From: Podarcis erhardii | Lineage: Eukaryota | DNA length: 64,000 nucleotides | Reading direction: 5' to 3' (one strand) | Assembly (NCBI GenBank): GCA_964252035.1 | Contig: OZ176211.1 | Shown: piece by piece, positions 24,895 to 37,953 of the stretch | How the letters are laid out: every line of letters starts with the position of its first letter | How positions within the stretch are numbered: the first letter of the stretch is position 1 | The notes under the pieces: generated by a model | What the model saw: the letters and a program-made list of their open reading frames with translations, nothing else | What the model was told of the DNA's origin: nothing | Databases searched by the model: none | Made by a program: the position numbers and the translations under genes

Positions 24895-25045
24895 ATCATT
24901 TTCCAGTATCCCTTTGCAACTTGCTTCTCTTCACCATTTTATGTCCAGGCTAAAGAAACCCAGTTTCTTCAACCTTTCCTCACAGGTCTTGCTTTTCAGG
25001 CCCCTCCAAATCCTTTTCACCCTTCTCTTGGCAGATCCCACTTTG
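24895..25045 (-). mobile_element. CR1 LINE ORF2 3' fragment
   Basis: caggctaaagaaacccagtttcttcaacctttcctca...ggtcttgcttttcaggcccc resembles the antisense CR1 3' region, by recall. Confidence 0.5.
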
Positions 25046-28000
25046 CCAGTGAGTTAATGTTATTGTAACCCGGCAGCACCCAGTGCCAGTTCAGGAGAAC
25101 CCTCAACCTCCCCCCCCCCGCCGCCGCCCTGCTGAACACAATGAGATGCCCTTTGGGGTAAGGTATTTATTGGGACCGTGCTTCCAATCTCAGATTTTTC
25201 CCCCAGTGCTGGATCTACAATTTTTTTTTTTTGCCAAAGGAGGCAAAAGTCTGCACTGATGCCTCCCTCTCCTGCAAGTTCATATCTGCCCTGCCCCCAC
25301 CCGCAGAAGAAGCCGGCAAAAGTTTCCTTCTCTGGGGCCAGCAGGGGACAAACAAAAGTTTTTCTCCACTCCCAGTTTCCTTCTGATGGATAATGAAGGG
25401 GAGAAAATCACCACAGAGAGACGCAGGTTCATGTCCCCTCACCATCACACACCGAGAGGAAGATGCCTTAAGGCAAATCCTCAAATGACTAACTTCCTTA
25501 TATCTGAATTATAAGCTCTGCCACGACACCGTTCTGTGACAGCCTCTTAAACCTGCCGCCCAACAGAGGTTTGGGACTATAACTCCCATCAGCCACACTA
25601 GGCTGAAGCTGTTGGGAGTTTTAGTCCTTCTTTGGGACACCTGGTTGGAGAAGGCTGTTCTACCCAGGGCAGCTTGGGGGGGGACGGATGCTGTAGAGTG
25701 CCCTGCCTAAAGTAATGCATTGGGCTTGTTTTTCATTAAAGACAAGGACCCTCTCTGTGGCAGCAGTGTGCCTATGGAATGCCTTCCCTCTGAGAGGCAG
25801 CTGGGTGGAGCTTGGATAACAGCTGCTGGCAATTGCAAGTGGGAAGAGCCTTGTTGCGCCCGGGTCCTGCTTGGGGGAGTTCCATAGGTATCTGCATTGT
25901 GAGAACAGGATGCTGGATTAGATAGGACTTTGGCCAGATCCAGCTGGACTCTTACATAGCTGACGCTGACCTTATTGACTTTTTGATACCGGATTAAAAC
26001 ACATCTCTTTTCCCAGGTTTATGTTTGGGCTTTGATGTAACACTGCTCTTTGCTGACTGAGGATCCGCCTGTACTAAAATTAAGACAAGTGCTTTTTGTC
26101 TGTGTGACAATATTCATTACTAGAGAGTGTAGGTGCCTCTTTTTCTGCTGCTCATGTCAGCCATTTTCTACTGTCACCAATGGCACTTTTATCAAATAAT
26201 GAGTATTTTTTACCAGAAGAAAAAGAAAAGCACTGACTTAAAATGTTTATATCATGGTTTTCATTTTTAAAAAATTGATTTTGGTACATTTGATTGTTTT
26301 ATTCCTGTTATGATGGAATTCACCCTGGTACTGATGATTGATTGAAGGACATGCTAGGAATCAGCCGAATGAATTTCTCCACACACCCACACATAGCTCG
26401 TTCCATTTTCCTGAAATTTTATCTTGTCACAATGAGCATTTCTTTTAAAAGGATGCTAAAATGCCACACTGTGAGATGGAATCCTTTGGAACACACCCTA
26501 TGAATGTTAGCTGGAGACATGAATGCCTGGTGTCTGCCTAACAATGCCACAAACATTATTATATTCCCTCTCCAACTTTTCCCGCTTCTCTCTCTTTCTC
26601 ACCATCTCATTTCATTTTGTTCTCTTGTTCTTTACCTCTTCTATCTATTCCCTTTTTCATTTATCCCAGTGATATGTGATATTGGTGTGTGTGTGTGTGT
26701 GTGTCCTCAATGCGGCACACCACTTTGGCTGAAATACAATACAGTCCTTGCACATCGTGGAGAGATCTGCTGGGTTCTGAGGCAGGTGAGACAGAGCACA
26801 TTTTCACAGCCCAGCTATCCACAAAGTCTTTTTCTATCAGCACTTGAAACAGCTTGGCTGGGAATAGTTCTAAGTCACTCCTGTTATTCCTCCTTTCCCG
26901 TCCCCTACTTTGTCTCTTTCAAAAGTTTGTGCTGGCTGTGATTTTGGAAGGGTTGCTCTGAGGCTGGAAGACCAGGCTTTCTTTTCTCAGCAGCATTGCA
27001 CACAGTGGGTAGTTCGAAGAAGATTATGCCATAAAGAGTAGAATAAAATGCTGCACTTAAAAGAGTTCAGGAGATGAACCACCTTGTACTCGGTTCAGGT
27101 GCTAAGCGTGCTTTGCTTTGATACCGGCATTTCAGCTGAATTTTCTTTCAGTGAGACTCAGAACCGGAGGATTTACACTAGGCAATTCTTAAGACTACAG
27201 TTCCCACCCAGTGAAGTGAAAAAGCAGCACAATGGGACCTGACTGGTACCCACAAATAATCTACTAAAGGGAAGACCTAGATGAGAAAATTTTGTGGTCT
27301 ATAACTTCTGACTAAAGCCACTCAGATGTATCATTCACAATCTATAGGAGGGATAGAGAACTGATACCCTTCCATGTGTCATTGGTGTGGGAATGTTCAG
27401 GGATGCAGGAGAGGATATATTGTCTGATTATATCCTTATCCAACTTGTGTTAACAAATTCCCCAATTTCAGCAGAGTAAAACATTCCCCTTTATTTTAAG
27501 TTTGCAACAGCAGCGTTTGCTCAGGCTCGCTAAAGCCTCTATAATAACTATTCTGGTAATTTCCCCTTATTCCCTCATAAAATAGATGACAGTCTTTTAC
27601 AAATGTATAATAAGAGTTTACTCACATTCTGTTCACAATCAGATCCCAGAAGGCAGACTTAAGCTTAATGAAGTAGCATACACTTGGAATCTATCTTATA
27701 GGAAGACAGTCCCTTTGTCCTCTCTTGGCTGGGAGCCAAGAGTGCATCTTTCTCTCAGTAGATATTGCTTCTTCGATGCATGTGGTGAAAGAGAGAGAGA
27801 TGGCTGCCCTGCCCTGTCCTTTTGTCATTACCTGCACAGGTGAGGCCACACCCACCTCTAGTCACATGTAGAAGAAGTCTGTCCCAGCCCAGAGGAAAAC
27901 AGGAAGTTTACCTGCTGGCTGGACAAACATCCCTCCCCATGTGTAAACATGTTCACTCTAGGAATGTTGTACTTGACTGCTCTTGTGTTTCACATCCCAC

Positions 28001-28535
28001 AATTGGACTACAGCTTTCATCATCCCTGACCATTGGTCATGCTGATGGAGTTGAAGTCCAACAACTGGAAGGAATTTCTGATCTACAGCTCATATTGGAC
28101 AATGACACTTGCCTCTCACAGGCCTTGAGTGGTAGGCCTCTTGGTGCTTACAGACAGTCCCCAAACTTAAAGCAGTCACTCAATCAGCAACAACAGGGCA
28201 GATAACAAAGACATAAAGACAGGGACCAGGCCCTGCAACAAACCCATATGTCAACTTTCCCCATGTCTACTCAGGCTTACCTGTTAGAACCTAAACAATA
28301 GGCCTCTTCAGCTGTTCCTCTGACCTAGGAATACAATATCTGAGGGAAAGGAAGCAGGGATGAGTGTGCTAGCTCTGACCATCCCCACCACCTTCGGTGA
28401 GCTGAAGAATGACTGTGTAATATAAGGGATATACATGGAAAATTAGAGTTGTGCATTGTGCACAGAGTCTACATGAGTACATGCGATCTCCCTACTTCAG
28501 GCAATCTGCCTTCAAGTCTTGGAAGAGTAACAGTA

Positions 28536-29979
28536 CAGTGGTGCCCCGCAAGATGAATGCCTCGCAAGACGGAAAACCCACTAGACGTGGCCAAAATATT
28601 GGGAAATATTAGAAAAAGATGGAGACAATTGGAAATTGCAGAGTTTGGAGAAAATGAAGGACAAAGTGTGAGACTGGTTACATCATGTTCAGATTAAAGA
28701 AGTTTTAAAAATGACAAAAAGTTAGGGTTCCAGGTGGAGAAATCGAAGTTAGAAACAGAATTGTTAGAACCAAAGACTAAGGTACTATCTAGAATGTATA
28801 ACTTGCTGTTAAAATGGAACACACAAGACGAAATGGTTAAATCGGCTATGATAAAGTGGGCACAGGACATTGGGCATAACATTATGTTCGAGGACTGGGA
28901 AAGGTTATGGACCACTGGGCTGAACTTCACTGCATGTAATGCTCTGAAGGAAAATGTAATGAAAATGATATATAGATGGTACATGACCCCAGTTAAACTT
29001 GCCAAAATATACCATTCGTCTGATAATAAATGTTGGAAATGTAAAGAAAATGAAGGAACATTCTTTCACCTCTGGTGGACATGCCCTAAGGTGAAGGCCT
29101 TCTGGGAAATGATATATAATGAGCTGAAAAAGGTATTTAAGTATACCTTCACTAAGAAACCAGAGGCCTTCCTTTTGGGTATTGTCGGCCAGAGGGTGCT
29201 AAAGAAGGACCGAACATTTTTTATGTATGCAACAACGGCAGCAAGGATACTCATTGCAAAAAACTGGAAAACTCAAGATCTACCCACACTGGAAGAGTGG
29301 CAGATGCAGCTGATGGACTATATGCAACTGGCCGAGATGACTGGCAGAATCCGAGACCTGGGAGAAGAGAGGATTGAGGAAGACTGGAAGAAATTTAAGA
29401 TGTATTTACAAAAACATTGTAATTTGGTTGAATGTTAAGAAGGATGCTAGATTATAAAAAATTGGCCACCACTAAATTAGATTTTGAATTTGATGATAAG
29501 TGAGATTAAAGAAAACATAAATTTTATGGAGAATTGCTAGATTATACTTAAATGAGTGGATATAAGATCGTAAACAAGTTGATAATTTGCTTGGAAAAAC
29601 CTTTTAACGATGTAAATGGGAGCGGGAGACGTGAGGGAGTCCAAAGAAGTGATGAAACTACGTTGTGATAAAAAAAAAAAAGGAAAACCCGCTAGACGAA
29701 AGGGTTTTCCATTTTGGAGGTGCTTCGCAAAATGAATTTCCTATGGGCTTGCTTCGCAAGATGAAAATGTCTTGCGAGTTCCTGCGGGTTTTTTTCCCTC
29801 CCCCCTTTTTCTAAGCCGCTAAGCCGCTTATCGGCTTATCCGCTAAGCTGATAAGCTGCTAAAAGCCGCTAATAGCGCTAAGCCGCTAAGCCGTCAATGG
29901 GCTTGCTTCGCAAGACAAAAAAACCGCTAGACGAAGAGACTCGCGGAACGGATTAATTTCGTCTTGCGAGGCACCACTG
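28536..29979. mobile_element. Family D MITE split by a nested L1
   Basis: TA-CAGTGGTGCCCCGCAAGA at 28534 and TCTTGCGAGGCACCACTG-TA at 29981. The interior resumes exactly after the L1. Confidence 0.9.
28588..29681 (+). mobile_element. 5'-truncated L1-clade LINE (ORF2 C-terminus, 3' UTR, poly(A))
   Basis: ORF 28734-29438 contains RWYMTPVKLAKI..KCWKCKENEGTFFHLWWTCPKVKAFW (L1 CCHC region). A12 tail at 29670-29681. TSD GGAAAACCC(A/G)CTAGACG at 28571-28587 and 29682-29698. Confidence 0.92.
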
Positions 29980-31113
29980 TAATGAAGATGGGCAGAATTT
30001 GCACACCTGATGAGTGGAACATCTCATAATGTGATGGAAGTGCTCTCCAGGTAGTGGTATGCACTGAACACACCTGCTGGGCATGGTGTTCTGCAATGCA
30101 GAAGCAGCATCTCTTGGGGATAAGGTAACACACGGACAGCAATCCCTTGGTTTCTTGTATCTCTTTCCACGCTACTCACCAGGAGACTATAAACATAGGC
30201 ACACTGTCTCTGTGATTCACTGTCTGAGAATTACAATCCTATGAGTACAAGAGGCTGAACAATCTGCACTTCATTCTACACATGTATGTACATAGAGATC
30301 TGGCATCATCACTGTAAAGCCAATGGAAGATTTCCCAGGGAGTCTTCTAGTTATTGGAGTCTCCCAATAAGTTGATTCTGCCAGAGTAGTATATAATTGA
30401 AATTGCTAGAATTGTGCCAGTGGAAGCTTCTCATTCAAGGGCTGCTGAGATGGAGGATGTGAGCACTAGTTTCCGTTTAATGCTCTCCTAGTCCCTCTGC
30501 TCCCCAGACTCCCGCTATGGTACATGTCAAATTATTATCTACATATAAATGGACATATATCCATTAACACTAATTCTCTTCCTGCCCTCCGCCCTATTTT
30601 TCCATATATTTATTTGGCTGTACTCTCAGTAAATAAACCACAGAACATTAAAATGCATTATTTCCTTCTAATCCTGGTCTGGTCCCAGATCTTGTTGGAT
30701 CTCAAAAGATGGAAATATGACAGAAGACTCTAGTGGAACTGAGGGTGGCAAGGGAACCCCAATCAGAACAGAAGGTACGAGATTATTGGTCTAAGTGGCT
30801 GCTATAGTTCTTGAATGAAATAAGGACATCACACATAGTTAAGGTGCAGTTATATTTGGACTAGCTAAGACCGTCCTAACCCTGGGTCTCCCGATGTTGT
30901 TGGACTACAACTACCATCAGCCTCATGGCCAATGATCAAGAATGATGAGAATTATAGCTCACCAACAAATGGATGTCGTACTACTTCCCTATGGTCCTTT
31001 CCCAGGTGGAAAAGGCATGGACCACCATTTTGTTTGGTTTCTGCTTAGAAATAACAGCTGATCACACTCCACATCTCCAGTTCAGCAGGTGCCCTTAACA
31101 CCAACATATAGGG

Positions 31114-31118
<5 letters not shown>

Positions 31119-31152
<34 letters not shown>
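31119..31152. repeat. (AG)n microsatellite
   Basis: Read directly. Confidence 0.95.
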
Positions 31153-31155
<3 letters not shown>

Positions 31156-31856
31156 TGTGCATTTCATCAGCATTTTGCAGACCAGATGTTTATAGCCAAC
31201 CAGAAGAAAAGTCTAAATGAAATATGCACCACATAAACAACACACGTTACATGCTACGCACATTACTCATAATGCAAAGCCCAGTAAATGAAAAAATTAA
31301 GGTGCAGGAATCATGTAATGTCAGTGTTCTAAACATGAAGTAAAGCACAGAGGCCACAAACGAAATTGAATTTGGAACACACTGAAAATGATTCCCTCTG
31401 TCTTACGACATTATCACTTTAGCACTGTCAATGTGCTGTTTGTGGTTTGAACCAAAAGGTATTTTTAGCAAAATATAGATATATCTGTCTTTTGCTGTGT
31501 CCCCCCCACTGCCCCCGCCGAAGTTTCCCTTCACAAATGAATCAATTCTTCCACTGTAGCAGAACAGAGAAAACCTTTGAGATGGCTCTGGAAAAAAATG
31601 CACTCGTTGGCAAGAGGATGCAGAAGCAAACAAAATGACCTGGGGGAAAAAAAATCTTAGTAACTCATTATGCCAGCAATCCATTTTTCCAACCAAAGCC
31701 TCCCATTGGCTTTAATAAGGCTGCCCTGCGATGATTGTCACTTTCAGAAAGCTGAAATTCACAACCCAAACATCCAAATCGACCATTTCCCACATCTTGT
31801 TGAAAATAAGTCTAGCACAAGCTTCACAATTTTCCATTTGAACTGTAAGCACATTA

Positions 31857-32209
31857 CAGTGGTGCCTCGCAAGACGAAATTAATTCGTTCCGCGAGTTTT
31901 TCCTTCTTGCGATTTTTTCGTCTTGCGAAGCACGGACTTTGGAAAAGCTTCAAAAATCACCAAAGTCTTCAAAAACCTCAAAAAAGGCTACCACACCGTG
32001 TGCTATGAGTTGCTCCTCGAAGTGAATGCATGGTTTTAAGAAAAGGAAACAAACTTGCAAGACAAAGGAAACAAACTTGCAAGACATTTTCGTCTTGCGA
32101 AGCAAGCCCATAGGGAAATCCGTCTTGCGAAGCAACTCAAAAAACGAAAAACTCTTTCGTTTTGCGAGTTTTTCGTCTTATGAGGCATTCGTCTTGCGAG
32201 GTACCACTG
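31857..32209. mobile_element. Family D-related MITE with a different interior and no minisatellite
   Basis: TA TSD, TIRs CAGTGGTGCCTCGCAAGACGAA / TTCGTCTTGCGAGGTACCACTG. Confidence 0.9.
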
Positions 32210-32283
32210 TATTTGGATTCTGCAAGTCTAATGAACTTACTTCCATACAAATGTGGAAAGAGAAGTTTATATTGGTCCATATA

Positions 32284-32712
32284 CCGTATTTTTCGCTCTA
32301 TAAGATGCACTTCCCCCCTCTTAAAAAGTAAGGGGAAATGTGTGTGCGTCTTATGGAGCGAATAAAGGTGGGAGGCTCTGCTCAGCGCTCCCTTTAAAGA
32401 GCCGCGTGGAGCCCTTCTCCCTCCTCGGGGAAAAGCCCCCAAGAGCCGCACACACACCCCACACGCTCTTTAAAGGGAGCGCGGCTCTTGGGGGAGCCAT
32501 AGCTGCGTGTAGCCTCTTCCAGGCAACAGGAGCCTTCATCCCGCTGCCAGGGAGAGGCTGTGCATGGCTATCCCAAAAGCCAGGGAGCTGAACTGCGATC
32601 CCACTTGCTGTCCTGGCTTCTGGGATTCAGAATATTTTTTTTCTTGTTTTCCTCCTCCCAAAACTAGGTGCGTCTTATGGCCTGGTGTGTCTTATACAGC
32701 AAAAAATAAGGG
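32284..32712. mobile_element. TcMar-Tc2 (Kanga-like) MITE
   Basis: TA-CCGTATTTTTCGCTCTATAAGATGCAC left TIR and a degenerate gtgtgtcttatacagcaaaaaataagggta right TIR. GC-rich interior with the inverted pair gctccctttaaagagc / gctctttaaagggagc. Confidence 0.75.
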
Positions 32713-33904
32713 TAAACCTGTGGGGAAAGGTTGCACCATTTGGGATGTTTTAGTTTAGAGAAAAAGTTTAAATTTTAATGTAAGTCCATCATGTGGCATA
32801 TCATATTAAAGCCCATGAAGTTCTGAAGAGATTGGTGTTTTTACTTTTGATGTATCTCAATGCTGGCCTGAGCCTTTAAGGTTTTCTGTAGCCTGACAAA
32901 GCCAAAATGGTTGTGTGTTTTTTTTGGAAATTTCAAACCCTCATAGCTCAAAAATGTGATGAGATGAAAAACTAAAATTTTAGATTTAAACTTCTATTGG
33001 AAGGCAATTAACATAGTTACTGACATAAATCATAAAACTTACATAATTTCACCACAATGGGTAGTGAGACGAATAATGTAGTTTTTGATGGCAGATGACC
33101 TGCAGCAGAACAGAACCAACACAACATCTGACAAATACAGAGTAGAAGAGAAAATGATGCCTTCACAGTAAGAGTCAAAGACCCACTTTTCAATATAGTA
33201 AGATTATATCTCACCTGTGGGTGAAATCTAAATTACATCTTGTCCTCAAGGCAATCACCATTTTTTTGTTATGTAAGTTTGTTAGTAGCCCACAATGGGT
33301 GCAGAGCTATTGCAATTAGATAAATAAGCTAATACAACTCATGAGTCATGAATTCTGACACTTAGAATTTCTAGGTTAAGGGATTACTGATAATTTCGCC
33401 ATGAATTTTTAATTGCACCGGCAGGTCCTCCAGTTGCCATAATTAAAAGTGTTCTCTCCCTGCTTTAGCCAAATAATTGCTGCAGGACCATAGATTGTGG
33501 TTATGTCCACTGCCCAGCTGATTCCTGGACGTGCTGTCGTAGGACCAACATGAAGAACAGAACGGTTCCTGCAATTATTATATGCACACATGACTTTTCT
33601 GAGCAACTGTGTTTCACAGCAACTGCGTGAGAGATGAGGTCACGCAGTTGAAAGTAATGAATCATGCAAAACAAATGCAGATGGCTGCAGTCATGGTTTA
33701 TAGTCTCTTGCAACTTAATTTGAAGTGTTCACCCGTTGGGGAGCCTTTTGTTATTTGAAAAAGGTTTAACTGCAAATGATAAGACATGCGATCGTAATCC
33801 ATGGAGATGGGTGTGTGGAATGTCTCAGTGATAAGGGATGACTGGTTGAGCGAACAAAATGGAAGACGATGCGTTTGTACATAGAGAGAAAACATTATCT
33901 AGAG

Positions 33905-34040
33905 CAGTGTTTCCCAACCTTGGGCCTCCAGCTCTTTTTGAACTACAATTCCCATCATCCCTGACCACTGGTCTTGCTAGCTAGGGATGATGGGAGTTGT
34001 AGTCCAAAAACAGCTGGAGGCCCAAGGTTGGGAAACACTG
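33905..34040. mobile_element. Palindromic hAT (Charlie-type) MITE
   Basis: TIRs CAGTGTTTCCCAACC and a perfect 8-bp TSD ATCTAGAG. Most of the element is self-complementary. Confidence 0.92.
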
Positions 34041-34048
34041 ATCTAGAG

Positions 34049-34166
34049 CAGCCTTTCCCAACCTTGTTCCCAGGTGTGTTTGGATTATGATTCACTTCAT
34101 TCCAGCCCAATGGCCATGCTGGTTGTACTTCAACCACAAATGGGGACCCAATGTTGGGAAAGGTTG
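34049..34166. mobile_element. Older hAT MITE abutting the previous element
   Basis: CAGCCTTTCCCAAC ... GTTGGGAAAGGTTG termini. Confidence 0.65.
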
Positions 34167-34879
34167 ATGTGGAACAAGAATTGATCTAGAGCAAGAATAG
34201 GCCCCTTTGAGCCTGAGGGTCACATTTACCCTTGGGCAACCCTTTGGAGATGGGCACATGATAGCAGTGGGTGTGCCTAAAAGTGGGTGTATTCTCACAC
34301 ACTGTTTCTCAAACTCAAAGGCACACAAGCCCCACCCTCCTCCTGAGCTGCACCCCCTGGATTGCTTTGGAGACAGACCCAGGGCAGGGGACAGTGTTCT
34401 CAGGTTGGTAGAAGCAGGACACATGGCCTGATCTGGGGCCCAGCGGTCACAAATAGAGGCCACGGGGTGGAATAATCCTACTCATATTACTATACCAAAC
34501 TGGCTCCGATTTTTCTATAGCTGGATCTCTCTAGTACTGTTAGTACATATCATGAAATTATTTATTGTTACTTTTTTTCAGCCGCATATTATCTTCTCTT
34601 ATCAATCTTTTATTGTATAGAAACCATGTCGGGATTATTATGATAAAAGCAGTACATAAGAGCATCTAATAAGGAAACAATACATACTGTGTCCATTTTT
34701 TATCCCCCCCCCCACTACTGCCAAAATTGGTGGGGTCTTGGGGCGCCCAAAAGCTTCGTTGGAGGGTCCAGATCAGGCCAGAATTTATCTACCTCTACAT
34801 AGATGATAAAAAGGTAAGGCATGGTTCTGGACTCATCTATATTTTATATTCAAAGCAGTATCACTTTAAACAGCCATGG

Positions 34880-35528
34880 TGTCATGAACTGGCAGGACAC
34901 CGAGGAAGGTGAAGAGGATCCTAGCGAGGGGTGTAACCAGGATTGGTACACACTGGGACAAGCTGAAGATGGGGAAGGGGAGGCAGGGGGCTTAGGAGGT
35001 ACTCAGTGGACATCAGAGAATGTCAAAGGGGCAGTAGACCCATCACCAGAGGTGGAGGTGGAGGTGCTCCCTTCTCTGACAACATGATGGAATCTGAGGC
35101 GTTGTGAACAGCAGGAAGTGCACTTTAAGAGACTGAGGCAAGCAAGAGAGCCCAGCCCAGCTTACTATCAGGTGAAGATCATGGGACTCGTTAGGTCCAG
35201 GAAGAGGCTTGTGGTCACTCAGCTAGACTGAGCTCAGGGCAGGTGAGGATCACATGCTTCGTTAAGGCGAGAGGCACAGCATCTCAGCTGGAGCAAGCTC
35301 AGGTGCCTCAGACAAGATTGGGAGGGAGGGGGGAAGCAAAGCAAGGCAAAGATTCTTTGTCTGCTCAACTTCTACACTTGATGGACTACGACTTCACTGT
35401 TTCGGGAGCTCCACCAGACTGTGACCCTGGGATTCCAACACTGGATCTTCTTTAGAGACAGGAACCTGGCCTTAAGGTTTGATTTTGAATCTTCCTCACT
35501 GTATTGCACCTGAATCTGTGTTTGACCA
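34880..35528. mobile_element. Possible solo LTR
   Basis: Starts TGTCATGA and ends TGACCA, with flanks ATGG/TTGG and a purine-rich interior. Weak support. Confidence 0.3.
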
Positions 35529-37084
35529 TTGGGCTGTATGATCACCCCTACTCTTTAATCAATTATTGTTTTTATCTGTAAGCTGCCTTGGGTCCCATCG
35601 GGGATATATATATAAACTAAAACTAAAACTGACTTCACGAGCTGTCATGTTGACGGTTTGGTTGCCAGATGGCTTTTGTGGCCTGTGAAAAGTACTAAGC
35701 TCTGTTCAAACTGTTATAGCACTCTTCCATTCGGGTGTTGCACATTTTGAGACAGCTTGGCAGAAAGCTATTAACACTTATTGAGAAGGCTGTGAAGGTG
35801 GCAAGGCAAGGTTTTGCTTTGTGAATTTGTGGTGTTAGATCATATGCCTTGTGTGGCATAAAACGGGCAGAGGCAGATAACATGGGCAAATGATGTGTGT
35901 TTGTGTGTTGTATGCCCTTCAGGATAGAATTCTTATTTTGATTGTGCACAGTGCCATGTTCACTGATGGTCCTACGTAAATAAATGCTAATAGCAATAAT
36001 AACAAATCAGTTGCTCGGTTTACATAAAATAAGTATGTGTCCCTTTCCTTTCAACACATGTTGCAAGATTGTCTTGGCATCTAAATTTATAGAGAACATC
36101 ATCTCGAACCACACATTAATGAATATCTATGAAAAAAGAATAAAGAGTGGTCTCTTATCCAATAATTCTCCTTTCCTGTGAGGGTAGGAATCAATAGAAA
36201 AATAATGGAATATATATTGGATGCAGGGGATGTGTGGAGCTGCTCAGCATATTCTCAGAGGCGTAAGTGTTTGTGCCCTGGCTTTATCTACTGCCGTGAT
36301 AAGGTCCAGTGTTTGCATTCTGCTATCAATAAAGGGAAGGAACAGATGGGGAAGTCCGTAGTGGCACCAGGCTTTGCTTGCCATACACATATGTTTCAGG
36401 CAGAAGGAAAAGCTTGAAAGAGCAAAGTGGATCCTTGTACAGCACCAGAGGTAATGCAGGGCCAATGCTGTCGTGTCTGCCTAGCACTCCAACAAAGGAT
36501 GAGATGCACTGTGCCAAACTCTCTGACCTCAGAGCTATTGTGTTTGCCAGGGCTCAGTGTAGCAGCAGGGAGAATCCGCCCCTACCCAGTGTGGTTTGAC
36601 TTCCAATTTTAGCACAAGTCCCAATTTGCATCTGCAGCCTGCATCAGATTAGATGACTTTGGCAATCAAACTTTGCAGGCGGCTATCGGGAGAAGCGGGA
36701 ACAACACCGGTCCCTGCTTTGACCCTTGTTTATTCATTGAAAACATTTGCGTCACTCAAAACATTTTGAGTCTTGCCTTTCGACCCAAAGGTCTCCGAAG
36801 TGATTTGCAAAATAAAACATGAAATAGAAACTGCAGTCAGGCGGCACAAGTCGTTCACGATGGAACCATGCAATAGGATGAAAAGGGGAGCCTGCTGGTT
36901 CAGACCAAAGGTTGATGGAGTCCAGCAACTTATTCTCACTGTGGTCAATCAGATGAATGCCTGTGGGAAGCAGACCTAGAGCGCAAGATCACTCTCCTCA
37001 CCTGAGATTCCCAGTGACTGTTATCTGAAGGCACACTGCCTGCGACCATGTAGGTAGAAGATGGCAATCGGCCATTGAAGAAGA

Positions 37085-37320
37085 GAAGAAGAGTTTGGAT
37101 TTGATATCCTGCTTTATCACTACACAAAGGAGTCTCAAAGTGGCTACCATTCTCCTTTCCCTCCCCCCCCCCACAACAAACACTCTGGGGCTGAGAGACT
37201 TCAGAGAAGTGAGACTAGCCCAAGGTAACCCAGCAGCTGCATGTGGAGGAGCGGGGAAGCGAACCCGGTTCACCAGAGTATGAGACTACCGCTCTTAACA
37301 ACTACACCACACTGGCTCTC
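37085..37320 (-). mobile_element. tRNA-derived SINE with L2-like tail (Squam2-like, tentative name)
   Basis: The minus strand starts gagagccagtgtggtgtagttgttaagagc and ends ggatatcaaatccaaactcttcttc. Near-identical copy at 55425-55674. Confidence 0.8.
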
Positions 37321-37953
37321 CTTTGACTGACATCCTCCATGCCATTAAATGACTGAATGGGCTGCATTGGTGTGAGCCTCCTTACCTGGGAGACCATTAT
37401 TTCAATGTGGCTACTCTGAGCGTGACAGAGCAATATTTTAAAGGAAAGTGTTGTTCATAAATATTTAAATAATAAAAACAAGGATTTGTATATTCATATG
37501 TTCAGCTCCAGCTCCAAGTTTCCCATAATTTAGACCAGGGATGGGGAATCTATATGTTGTGAGTCTCCAGTGATCAGCAGTGGGAGCTTGTAGTCCGACA
37601 GTGTTTGAAAAGACACAAACTTTTAAGCTGTGTCTGTTTAAGAAACTCTTTGGGTGTCCCACAGACTGTAAGAATTTTGCAGGATGGATTCAAGCCCATA
37701 TTGCTGTAGGTTTGTGTAGTTAAAATGAATTAAAGGGTTCTGTCACCTTCATGCCAACTTCATGCAACAAATCCACTTTAAGTAAGAATAGGACTTTCTG
37801 TGATTCTTTTGGAAAGTGACACAGGGAAATGCATTGAAAAGTGTGTGGGTGATTAATGATTAACAGGAAGGCAAATCAGGATGAAGGCTCAGTATCATAT
37901 AAATGCCCGGCAAACAAATCAGAACAAATGGTTAATACAGACTGGATATAACC

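Noticed and set aside
26504-26941. Longer ORFs without homology (also 6676-7062, 14468-14869, 57347-57754, 59612-60103 and 40545-40778)
   Set aside because: They come from low-complexity, SINE/MITE or T-rich sequence, with no splice context or recognisable domain.
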